Shown here: positions 11,103 through 19,637 of the stretch, piece by piece | Numbering within the stretch: the stretch's first letter is position 1 | Layout: every line of letters starts with the position of its first letter | Assembly: GCA_038318895.1 (NCBI GenBank) | Contig: JBBQCS010000006.1 | Span: 798 to 64,797, forward strand | Length of the DNA: 64,000 nucleotides | Direction: 5' to 3' | Source: Alphaproteobacteria bacterium | Lineage (GTDB): Bacteria > Pseudomonadota > Alphaproteobacteria > UBA11222 | Notes under the pieces: generated by a model | Seen by the model: the letters and a program-made list of their open reading frames with translations, nothing else | Database searches by the model: none | What the model was told of the DNA's origin: nothing | Position numbers and translations under genes: made by a program

Positions 11103-12323
11103 GTGAAGACGGGGACAGACATAAACGGGCCGTTAGAGGGGATTGCATTGCGTACATCGCGAGCTGTGGTCATTGCGGCATCCTTGCTGCTTTTTGGGGT
11201 GCTTTCGGGCTGTTCTGGGTCGGCGGACTCGCTTTGGCCGTCTTTTTCCAATGCTGGGCCAGCGGGGGGCGGAGGGCAGATAGCTGTTCCGCCTTCGTCT
11301 GGTGAACTGGGAGGACAACCGGTCATTGATTCGGCAACGGCCGGTGCGCCGCCTTTGCTGGGCAATACGAACTTCTCACCTTTGCAGCCGTCTCAGGTCG
11401 CTCCGACCGGCACGATGGTTGGGCAGCGGGTGATGCAGTTACGCGCGGAACTACAGGCGCTGGACGGGCGAATCGGGCAGCATAATGGGCGTTTGCAGGA
11501 GTTGCGCGCGATAACAGCCGGAAACGCCCAGCGTTACCATGGTACAGTCGCCGCGGTGACGACACGCTTGCAACTGGGCACGACCCCGAGCAATCCCATC
11601 GTTATCAATCAGTGGAATGCGGCGCAGGCGGATCTGGACCGGCTCAGCTCTGACATCTCCGCGTTGAATGGACTTAGTAATTCAGTGGCCGAGGACGCCG
11701 GGATGGCTGAGTTTCTGCTCGAATCCGCGCGCGCGACCTACGGTCTGGCGGGCGCCATCGACGAGGACCATCGTCAGCTCGGAATTCTGGAAGATGAGAC
11801 CAACCGCAGTCTGGTACTGATCCAGCGTCTGCTGGGCGAGCTGTCGCAAGACATAAGCCGGCAAACCGCCTATGTCGGCAATGAACGCGCGCGCCTGACC
11901 ACACTCGCGAATGGCATTAAAAAGGGCGTGATGTTCGGCGAAACCCTTGCCGCTGGCGCAACGTTCGCTCCGGTGGGCAGTCAGGGATATACGGGCGCCC
12001 CCGCCGGTGGGATCGCCGCCGTTGGCCGTCCATTGGTTGTGATTCGCTTTGACCGCCAGGATGTCGAATATGAACAGCCGCTTTACTCCGCGTTGACGCG
12101 CGCCCTGGAAAGCCGTCCCGATGCCCGTTTCGACGTGGTTTCCGTGGCGCCGGCCGGGGGCAACGCCTCCGACATGCGGCGCAGCCAGACCCAGTCGCGG
12201 CACAATGCCGAGGCGGTTATGGCGTCCATCGCCGACATGGGGCTGCCTGCCAGCCGCCTGAGCATTTCGTCCACCACCAGCGGGGATGTTTCCAGCAACG
12301 AAGTACGGGTCTATATGCGCTGA
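11103..12323 (+). CDS. Lipoprotein with a Gly/Pro-rich linker, a central coiled-coil and a degenerate OmpA-like C-terminal domain (hypothetical)
   Basis: Candidate in-frame starts are GTG 11103 and TTG 11148. The signal peptide plus lipobox (VVIAASLLLFGVLSG|C), a heptad-like region (MQLRAELQALDGRIGQHNGRLQELRAI) and a C-terminus resembling an OmpA/MotB peptidoglycan-binding fold (...SRHNAEAVMASIADMGLPASRLSI...NEVRVYM) are all read from the translation. The ORF track begins at 11052. Confidence 0.6.
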   Translation: MKTGTDINGPLEGIALRTSRAVVIAASLLLFGVLSGCSGSADSLWPSFSNAGPAGGGGQIAVPPSSGELGGQPVIDSATAGAPPLLGNTNFSPLQPSQVAPTGTMVGQRVMQLRAELQALDGRIGQHNGRLQELRAITAGNAQRYHGTVAAVTTRLQLGTTPSNPIVINQWNAAQADLDRLSSDISALNGLSNSVAEDAGMAEFLLESARATYGLAGAIDEDHRQLGILEDETNRSLVLIQRLLGELSQDISRQTAYVGNERARLTTLANGIKKGVMFGETLAAGATFAPVGSQGYTGAPAGGIAAVGRPLVVIRFDRQDVEYEQPLYSALTRALESRPDARFDVVSVAPAGGNASDMRRSQTQSRHNAEAVMASIADMGLPASRLSISSTTSGDVSSNEVRVYMR

Positions 12324-12344
12324 CAATCAGCAACGGGAACTACC

Positions 12345-13226
12345 ATGCGAATAGGATTATTCACGCCGTTCACAAATCCCGTTGCGACTTTGCCGCTTAT
12401 CCGCACGGTGGGAGAACAGGCCGATAAGCGCGGCTTTCATTCCATGTGGCTGGCCGAGCATGTGGTGCTGTTCGACAAACCCCATTCGTCCTATCCTTAT
12501 TCACCGGATGGCAAGCTGAACCTGGGGGCCGATGCCGGGATCCTGGAACCGTTTACCACGATGGGATTTCTGGCTGGTTGTACGTCGCGCATACGGCTTG
12601 GAACAGGGATTTGCCTGCTGCCGCAGCGCAATCCCCTTTACACCGCCAAGGAAGTATCCAATCTCGATTATCTGTCGAATGGACGCGTCGATCTTGGCAT
12701 CGGCATTGGCTGGCTGCGCGAAGAATTTGAAGCCCTGGGGGTGGACTGGGCGCGGCGCGGCGCGCGCACCGATGAATATGTGCAAATTCTGAAAACCCTG
12801 TGGTGCGACAACGTGTCGCAATTTGATGGCGAATTTCATACATTGCCGGCCTGCACCATGTTTCCAAAACCCGTGCATCAGCCGCATCCGCCGATCTATG
12901 TGGGGGGCGAAAGCGACGCCGCATTGGGGCGGGTGGCGCGGCTGGGCCAGGGCTGGCATGGTTTCAATCACACACCCCAGTCGGCGGCGGAACGCATCGG
13001 AAAGCTTCGCAGCCTTTTATCCGAACACGGACGAAGCCCAGACGATGTGGACATCACGGTGGCGGTTCCGGCGGGCACGCCAGTGAGCCTCGAAGATGTA
13101 AAGCGTTACCGCGAAGCAGGTGTGGATCAACTGACCATTCCGATTTTTCCAGGCGACGCAGATGCCGCGCGCGCCGTCATCGACGATCTGGCAAAGCGAA
13201 TACTGGAGCCTGCAGCCGCACTCTAA
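12345..13226 (+). CDS. LLM-class flavin-dependent oxidoreductase (second paralog in the window)
   Basis: 293 aa. MRIGLFTPF...GFHSMWLAEHV N-terminus plus the C-terminal LLM pattern. Confidence 0.8.
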   Translation: MRIGLFTPFTNPVATLPLIRTVGEQADKRGFHSMWLAEHVVLFDKPHSSYPYSPDGKLNLGADAGILEPFTTMGFLAGCTSRIRLGTGICLLPQRNPLYTAKEVSNLDYLSNGRVDLGIGIGWLREEFEALGVDWARRGARTDEYVQILKTLWCDNVSQFDGEFHTLPACTMFPKPVHQPHPPIYVGGESDAALGRVARLGQGWHGFNHTPQSAAERIGKLRSLLSEHGRSPDDVDITVAVPAGTPVSLEDVKRYREAGVDQLTIPIFPGDADAARAVIDDLAKRILEPAAAL

Positions 13227-14272
13227 ACGCCGTGTATGTCGCGATAGCTGCGCATATGGGCCAGGCTTTTGGCCTCGTAGACACCGCGCGCCAGGGCGCG
13301 GGCAACGCAGTCGGCGGCAATACCACCAATCAGTGACAGGCTTAAATGTTCGTTTACCGGCAGCGCCGTTGTACAGCTGGCCAGGCAAAACACCACGTCA
13401 CCATCCAGCGGCGTATGTACCGGGCGCACGGCGCGCGCAAAGCCATCATGGGCCATAATCGCCACGCGTTGCGCCTGCGCCTTGGTCAGGATGGCATTGG
13501 TGGCCACCACACAGATTGTCGTATTGCCGCCCGGCGCCGCGTGTAACTTGCTGCCCGCCATGGGTGCGGGGTCAAGTGCGCCGGAATGCGCGGCCTGCAC
13601 CCCGAGTTCATTATTCATGGCAAAGGGTGCGGCCCAGAATGTGCTGCTGCCCGGAATGACCGGTGATCCGAACGGGTTGGCGGCGACCAATGCGCCAACC
13701 TGCAAATCTCCGCCGTCCAGTGCGCCTTTCAGGATGGCCGAGGCGCTGCCCAGACCACCTTTGTACATACCGGCCCCTGCGCCTAACCCTGCACCCGTAT
13801 TACCGAGCTGAAACTCACGCCCCGCCGCGTCGCAGGCCGCAATACCCAATGCGCGGTAGGGCGGCGTCATGCCCCAGCCTTTGTCGCCGCCATTTGAAAG
13901 GTCGAATAAAATCGCGGCGGGCACAATGGGCGCCACCATGGCGCTTGCGCCCATGCGAAACCCGCGGCCGCGTGTGCTGAGCCAGGCGGTTGCGCCACTG
14001 GCCGCGTCCAGGCCGTAAACCGAACCGCCGGACAGCACCACCGCGTCCACCTTGTCCACCAGGCAGGCGGGGTTCAACAGATCGGTTTCGCGGGTTCCCG
14101 GCGCGCCACCGCGAATATCAACGCCGCCCGTACAAGGCCATTCCGGCAGCACAATACTCACACCGCTGCGCACGGTATGGTCCTGTGCATTGCCAACGCG
14201 AATACCGTCAACGTCGCTGATCAGGTTCAAGGGGCCGGGAGCTACGCCGGGTTCGGAAACTGTAATTGTCAT
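13223..14272 (-). CDS. P1-family peptidase (DmpA / L-aminopeptidase D-Ala-esterase-amidase, S58-like)
   Basis: Ntn-hydrolase DmpA/ArgJ-like sequence (GVSIVLPEW..., GGSVYGLDAASG, ...TTICVVATNA). Start set at MTITVSE (14272). It is divergent from ggt and convergent with the upstream LLM gene. Confidence 0.75.
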   Translation of the reverse strand: MTITVSEPGVAPGPLNLISDVDGIRVGNAQDHTVRSGVSIVLPEWPCTGGVDIRGGAPGTRETDLLNPACLVDKVDAVVLSGGSVYGLDAASGATAWLSTRGRGFRMGASAMVAPIVPAAILFDLSNGGDKGWGMTPPYRALGIAACDAAGREFQLGNTGAGLGAGAGMYKGGLGSASAILKGALDGGDLQVGALVAANPFGSPVIPGSSTFWAAPFAMNNELGVQAAHSGALDPAPMAGSKLHAAPGGNTTICVVATNAILTKAQAQRVAIMAHDGFARAVRPVHTPLDGDVVFCLASCTTALPVNEHLSLSLIGGIAADCVARALARGVYEAKSLAHMRSYRDIHGV

Positions 14273-14328
14273 GGGGGTATGGTATAACATTCTCGCAGCA
14301 CAGGGAATTGACTATACACGGGGGAAAC

Positions 14329-16026
14329 ATGATGCGGATGGCGCGCAGTATCATTGCCGTGTGGGTGTTGCTCTGGCTTAGCCCCCCGGTGGACGCCGCC
14401 GTTACTGCGCAACGTCACATGGTAGCGGCGGGGCATCCGCTGGCAGCGCAAGCCGGGCGCGAGATATTACGAAAAGGCGGTACGGCAGTCGATGCCGCCA
14501 TTGCAGTACAGGCCGTGCTGGGGCTGGTTGAGCCGCAATCATCGGGTATTGGCGGTGGCGCGTTTTTGCTGCATTGGGACCAGGCCAGCAGGCAGACCAC
14601 GGCCTATGACGGCCGCGAAACCGCACCCGCGTCTGTAACACCGGATCTTTTTCTCAATCCCGATGGTCAGCCCATGGGATTTCGGGATGCTTTCACCCGC
14701 GGGCGTTCAGTCGGGGTTCCCGGGGTCATCGCCATGCTGGCGCTGGCGCATGAGCGCCATGGAAAACTTCCGTGGGCAGAGTTGTTTGCGCCTGCCATTA
14801 AACTTTCTGAAGAAGGATTTCCGGTGTCGGCGCGGCTGCGTCTGATGATTGGCGCCATGCCAAAACTGTCTTCATTCGCGCAGGCGCGGGCCGTGTATTT
14901 TACCCCCGGCGAACCGCCCCAGGCTGTGGCGGCGGGCGCCATACTGCGTAACCCGGATTATGCGCAAAGCCTGCGCATGATTGCCTCCGGCGGCCCACGC
15001 GCCTTTTACACCGGCCCGCTGGCACAGGCGATGGTGGAGGCAGTGGCCGCGCAGGGCGGTGGTCTGAGCCTGGATGATCTTGCTGGCTATCAGGCCAAAC
15101 AGCGGTCGCCCGTGTGCGCGCCTTACCGGGGTTATAAAGTCTGCGGCATGCCGCCCCCCACTTCCGGAGGCGTTACCGTGCTGCAAATTCTTGGACTGCT
15201 GGAAAATTTCGAGATGCCTTCGCTGGCGCCGGACTCGGTAGTTGCGCTGCATTTGCTGGCGCAGGCCAGCCGTCTTGCCTTTGCGGATCGCGGGCTATAT
15301 CTGGCGGATAGCGATATTGTCGACGTGCCGGTCAAGGGCCTGACCAGCCCGCGCTATCTGGCGCGCCGCGCCCAGCGCATGACGATTGGCCGGATGGACT
15401 CCGCCCCCGCGCCGGCGGGGCGCCCCGTGCGCCACGCCGGCATCGACTATGCGCCCAATGTGGATGGCGCGCTTCCCTCCACCACCCATGTGTCGATCAT
15501 TGACGGACAGGGAAATGCGATATCCATGACCAGTTCCGTCGAAGCGCCATTCGGCAGCCATGTCATGGCGGGCGGATTCATCCTGAATAATCAGCTCACG
15601 GATTTTTCTTTTGCGCCGCAGATTGATGGCAGGCCGGTCGCCAATGCCGTGGCGCCGCACAAGCGCCCACTCTCTTCCATGGCGCCCACGCTTGTGTTTG
15701 ATAAAGCGGGCGCGCTCTATGCCAGTCTCGGGTCGCCCGGCGGCACCCGCATCATCGGTTATGTGGCCCAAACCCTGGTTGGGCTGCTGGACTGGAACCT
15801 GGATATGCAGGCCGCCATTGATCTGCCGCGCCTGATCGATCGTAACGGGCCTCTGGAGCTGGAAGCCGGAACTACGCTGGAGGCGTTGGCCCCGCGTTTC
15901 ACGGCGCTGGGCCACCGCGTGGAAATGCAACCGACCTTCAGCGGCATCCAGGGCATTCGCGTCATCGCAGGAATGCTGGAAGGCGGCGCCGATAAACGCC
16001 GTGAAGGCGTTGTGCTGGGGGATTAA
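14329..16026 (+). CDS. ggt: Gamma-glutamyltransferase
   Basis: Signal peptide (MMRMARSIIAVWVLLWLSPPVDAA) and GGT family motifs, including the autoprocessing/catalytic Thr region (LPSTTHVSIIDGQGNAISMTSS) and a GG-motif small subunit. The ORF track starts 21 codons upstream. Confidence 0.9.
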   Translation: MMRMARSIIAVWVLLWLSPPVDAAVTAQRHMVAAGHPLAAQAGREILRKGGTAVDAAIAVQAVLGLVEPQSSGIGGGAFLLHWDQASRQTTAYDGRETAPASVTPDLFLNPDGQPMGFRDAFTRGRSVGVPGVIAMLALAHERHGKLPWAELFAPAIKLSEEGFPVSARLRLMIGAMPKLSSFAQARAVYFTPGEPPQAVAAGAILRNPDYAQSLRMIASGGPRAFYTGPLAQAMVEAVAAQGGGLSLDDLAGYQAKQRSPVCAPYRGYKVCGMPPPTSGGVTVLQILGLLENFEMPSLAPDSVVALHLLAQASRLAFADRGLYLADSDIVDVPVKGLTSPRYLARRAQRMTIGRMDSAPAPAGRPVRHAGIDYAPNVDGALPSTTHVSIIDGQGNAISMTSSVEAPFGSHVMAGGFILNNQLTDFSFAPQIDGRPVANAVAPHKRPLSSMAPTLVFDKAGALYASLGSPGGTRIIGYVAQTLVGLLDWNLDMQAAIDLPRLIDRNGPLELEAGTTLEALAPRFTALGHRVEMQPTFSGIQGIRVIAGMLEGGADKRREGVVLGD

Positions 16027-16985
16027 GGCAGTGTGCTGGCAAGCCCGATCAGCCCAGGATATTCATGCGTGATCAGCCATGTCGGAATCGCCGACAGATA
16101 GGATTTGTATGGTCCCTTCGCCTCGAAGCGGTGACGAAACAAATGCGCATCAAATAATTCGCCCAGCCGTGGGACCATGCCACCAGCAATATAAATGCCG
16201 CCCCTGGCGCCCAGAGTTAACGCCAAATCCCCCGCGACTGCGCCAAGCCAGCCGGTGAATAACTGGATAGCTTCCCGGGCAGTCCCGTTCTCTTCGTCGC
16301 GCGCTGCGCGAGCAATATCCGCAGCGCCAAGCGCTGATTCCGGCAGCGCCCCATCAATAGCCGCAATGGTTGTATACAGCAATTCAAGGCCCGGACCCGA
16401 CAGTACGGTTTCCGCCGGCACATGGCCTCGCGGCTCCATTAGCCGGGAATAGATTGATATTTCTCTTATGCTGGCGGGTGAAAGGCCCACATGCCCGCCT
16501 TCGCCGGCAAGCGGCGTATATTTACCCTCTCCGGCCGGAATAAGCCCCGATACGCCAAGCCCTGTTCCGGGACCAATCACCCCCATCGGGGCGTCTGGCG
16601 CCGGCGGGCCGCCGCCAAGCAGTTTTAGAGACGTTGGCGCAAGAAACGGCAGTGCAAGTGCGATGGCGGTGAAATCATTGATCAGCACTGAGTTGCGCAC
16701 CTTGCAGACCGCCTCTACCTGGGACCGCTCGATGCGCCATACGCTGTTGGTAAGTTGAATAGCGTTGTCCAGCAGTGGCCCCGCGCCACAAATGGCAACG
16801 GCTGTGATACGGACGTCATCGGCAATATCCTTGAGATATTGCATTAAGGCGTCGGCGAAACTCGGATAATTGCGGGTCATCCACACCGTGGGCGCGCCAA
16901 TATTTCCCTGCGCGTCAACAAGTGCAAAGCGCGCATGCGTGCCGCCTATATCGGCAATCAGACCATAGTCGGTAATAGCGGTCAT
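16023..16985 (-). CDS. glk: Glucokinase
   Basis: Glk-family N-terminus (LIADIGGTHARFALV) and the rest of the fold. Start set at MTAITDY (16985), 4 nt after the tam stop. Confidence 0.85.
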   Translation of the reverse strand: MTAITDYGLIADIGGTHARFALVDAQGNIGAPTVWMTRNYPSFADALMQYLKDIADDVRITAVAICGAGPLLDNAIQLTNSVWRIERSQVEAVCKVRNSVLINDFTAIALALPFLAPTSLKLLGGGPPAPDAPMGVIGPGTGLGVSGLIPAGEGKYTPLAGEGGHVGLSPASIREISIYSRLMEPRGHVPAETVLSGPGLELLYTTIAAIDGALPESALGAADIARAARDEENGTAREAIQLFTGWLGAVAGDLALTLGARGGIYIAGGMVPRLGELFDAHLFRHRFEAKGPYKSYLSAIPTWLITHEYPGLIGLASTLP

Positions 16986-16989
16986 ATCT

Positions 16990-17754
16990 TTAGCGATAGG
17001 CGATGATGAATAGACGGCGAAAACTGAATAATGTTTTGCCGTCGCTGCGGCGCGGATAGGCGGCGCGCAGTTTTGCCGCCAGCATCGCCAGATAGGCTTC
17101 GCGTTCCGGCGCATCAAGGGCGCTCAGCAGCGGGACCAGCGCTGTACCCGTGATCCAGTCGAGCACCGGGTCCTCGCCTTCCATCACCTGTAAATAATCG
17201 GTTTCCCAGACATCCACGGCGCGGCTCATGGGGGCCAACAGGTCATAATAAAAATCCGGGGCCCCCACAGGCTCTTCACGTAATACTGGCGCCAGGGTTG
17301 ACGCCCAGGAACCGCTGAGCGCTACGTCGCGCAGCAGGCGATGACTGGGGGCGTCAAAATTGTGCGGCATCTGAACAGCGAGTGCGCCCGCATGCGCGAC
17401 ATGCGACATAAGCTCGGGAAACAGCCGTGCGTGACCATCAAGCCATTGCAGCGTCGCATTGGAATAAACCAGATCAACCGGCAGCAAAGGCCTCCAGTCT
17501 GTCAGATCGGCTTCAAGCCATCTGGCGCTCGGGCCATCGGCTTTGGCGCGCGCGAGCATCTGGGGCGAATTGTCGATGCCCAGAATATCTGCATCCGCCC
17601 AGCGGTCGCGCAGCGCCTGGGTTGAATTGCCCGGACCACAGCCCAGATCAACAATTGTAGCGGGTTTATCCAGCGCAATGCGGGCAAGCAATTCGTGAGC
17701 AGGGCGCGTACGCTGGTCGGCGAAAGCAAGATATTGGACAGGGTTCCACGCCAT
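16990..17754 (-). CDS. tam: Trans-aconitate 2-methyltransferase
   Basis: Similar to E. coli Tam over the full length (MAWNPVQYLAFADQRTRPAHELLAR...VDLGCGPGNST...LFSFRRLFIIAYR). Confidence 0.85.
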   Translation of the reverse strand: MAWNPVQYLAFADQRTRPAHELLARIALDKPATIVDLGCGPGNSTQALRDRWADADILGIDNSPQMLARAKADGPSARWLEADLTDWRPLLPVDLVYSNATLQWLDGHARLFPELMSHVAHAGALAVQMPHNFDAPSHRLLRDVALSGSWASTLAPVLREEPVGAPDFYYDLLAPMSRAVDVWETDYLQVMEGEDPVLDWITGTALVPLLSALDAPEREAYLAMLAAKLRAAYPRRSDGKTLFSFRRLFIIAYR

Positions 17755-17757
17755 GAT

Positions 17758-19185
17758 TTAGCCTTTCGCGTGCAGGTTCACATTGCCGGCGGCAATAATA
17801 TGGCTATCTGGAATTTCGATGCGAAACGCCGTGCCGTCGGGGCCAGTATGCAACAGGCGCAGATCACCCCCATGGGCGCGGGTTAAGTCGCGCGCGATGG
17901 TCAGGCCAAGGCCGCTGCCGCCCTCGCTTGTGCTTCCCGCGAAGGGCTGAAAAAGGTGATCGCGCGCGGGCTGGGACAGACCGGGACCGTCATCAGCCAC
18001 ATCAATGACAACCATTTTCCCGTCGCGCGATGCGTCTATGCGTACGGTTCCATGACCGTTCATCGCCTGTACCGCGTTGCGCCCGATATTTTGCACAATG
18101 CGGAAAATATGATCCGGATCGGCGTCAATTTCCAGATCGGCCGGAATTAAATTCAGCCAGCGAATATTTCCGTGCGGCGACTGGCAGATGCCTGTGCCGA
18201 TCTCACTGATTAGCGGCGCCAGTTCGAAAAACAGACGGCGCGGGGGCTTTTCGCGCGCGCCGCCATAGGTTAAAGTATCCGTACAAAGATCAATTGCCCG
18301 GCCAACGGAGCCAATAAGGCTGGGGGTGAGGCGGCGCACATTCGGATCGTCCACGCTCAACAACCGGTCTGACACCATCTGTACGTTGGCTAGAATGTTG
18401 CGCAGATCATGATTGATTTTACTCACCGCCGTGCCCAGTTCCGCCAGACGGGCCTTTTGTTTCAGGGATTGCCGCACCGCGATCTGCATGCCCGCCATCT
18501 CACGTTCGGCCACTCCGATTTCGTCGAGCCGCTTCGATGGCCTGATTTCGTGGCGCGTATCTTCCGGGTGTTTACGGAATCCCACCATGCTTTGAGTAAG
18601 CATCCGGATCGGCCGCACCATCATGAAATGCAGCGTGAAATAAATCAGCGCCGCCGTCGTGAACGAGATCACTAAAGACAGGCCGGCGACATTCCAGGAA
18701 TAATCGATCATGGCATGGCGCAGTGGGCGTTCGCGCATCACGATATCGATAATATCCCCGCCCCCATGTACCGGGGCATTCATCGCCCGTATATGGCGGC
18801 CATCCCCTGCCATCAGCGTGGTAAAGGCGTCGGCAATTGCTTCAAACGGGCCGACATCGCGTAAATCAAAATGTGCGTCGATGGTATCCGGTAAGTCGCC
18901 CGCCAGCATTAGGAAGCGCGCGCTGTCACGGCGTAGCGCTACCGCCAGCACGTCGGCATTGGCCAACAGCTCGGCCTCCAGATATACGGGCAGTGTGTTA
19001 TTCTGGGCGCCTTCCACAGCGAGACTGGCAATCTGCGCCCCGGCGATTTTGTTGTTCAGATATTGCAGCCGGAAATACGCAATGGAAGGCACGTAGATCA
19101 TCACTGAAGACAGCAGGATAAAGGCGACGGTCAGCACCATCAGCCGTCCCGACAGGCCTATCTTTGGACGGGGAAACTCAAGCAT
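17758..19185 (-). CDS. Two-component sensor histidine kinase (periplasmic sensor region between two TM helices, HisKA and HATPase_c)
   Basis: Two TM segments, H-box (SKINHDLRNILANV), N/G1/G2 boxes (DDGPGL, GSGLGLTIA). Its stop lies 3 nt before the tam start. There is no response-regulator gene in the window. Confidence 0.85.
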   Translation of the reverse strand: MLEFPRPKIGLSGRLMVLTVAFILLSSVMIYVPSIAYFRLQYLNNKIAGAQIASLAVEGAQNNTLPVYLEAELLANADVLAVALRRDSARFLMLAGDLPDTIDAHFDLRDVGPFEAIADAFTTLMAGDGRHIRAMNAPVHGGGDIIDIVMRERPLRHAMIDYSWNVAGLSLVISFTTAALIYFTLHFMMVRPIRMLTQSMVGFRKHPEDTRHEIRPSKRLDEIGVAEREMAGMQIAVRQSLKQKARLAELGTAVSKINHDLRNILANVQMVSDRLLSVDDPNVRRLTPSLIGSVGRAIDLCTDTLTYGGAREKPPRRLFFELAPLISEIGTGICQSPHGNIRWLNLIPADLEIDADPDHIFRIVQNIGRNAVQAMNGHGTVRIDASRDGKMVVIDVADDGPGLSQPARDHLFQPFAGSTSEGGSGLGLTIARDLTRAHGGDLRLLHTGPDGTAFRIEIPDSHIIAAGNVNLHAKG

Positions 19186-19323
19186 GCCTCCGCCTGTAAT
19201 TCCTTATAAGGTTGCGCGCGCGCTTTCCGTTATTTATCTGTTATTATGACACAAAATTCGTATTGATCCTATAATGCGATATGTTGATAGGTAACGTGAT
19301 GCAAGCGACGATAGGGAATAAGT

Positions 19324-19624
19324 ATGAAATTCGGGGGGTTACGATTTGTTGGCTGGCCGGGGCGAAGAATAAAGCCGGACGAAATTTATAATCTTGCCGT
19401 CAATTGCATCAGATTAGCGGACATCACCGGGTCTGACCCAGTATGGCTGAGCGGGCGTCACGCACCCTCAGCGTGTACGTCTCCTTGCCGGCACACGTGA
19501 AATGGTGATCGGCAAAATCGAACAGCTGCGCGAGGAAAATTTTCTCAACCGTCTCCTGCTTACACCGTTCAGCCATCAAAACCTGCTGAGCTTTACTGAT
19601 AAAGTGTCGCCTCATTTACAATAG
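19324..19624 (+). pseudogene. Relic of an LLM-class oxidoreductase gene (internal deletion plus +1 frameshift)
   Basis: Frame 1 (19324-19500) encodes MKFGGLRFVGWPG...LADITGSDPVWLSGRH, an LLM N-terminal signature. Frame +1 (19451-19624) encodes ...LAGTREMVIGKIEQLREENFLNRLLLTPF, an LLM C-terminal signature. Only ~100 codons remain of an expected ~300. Confidence 0.4.
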
Positions 19625-19637
19625 TCATCATAGCGCT

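Noticed and set aside
2574-19185. N-terminal extensions in the longest-ORF track for lon, clpX, tig, ggt, glk, fabZ, lpxD, frr, nnr and other genes
   Set aside because: Conserved family N-termini (e.g. MEEVSKK for Lon, MSKVSG for ClpX, MQITE for Tig) begin at internal Met codons. The upstream extensions are not conserved and would create gene overlaps.
19424-19615. 63 aa minus-strand ORF in the HK / O-antigen-ligase intergenic gap
   Set aside because: It overlaps the LLM relic on the opposite strand and has no recognisable features. The plus-strand LLM fragments explain the open frame better.
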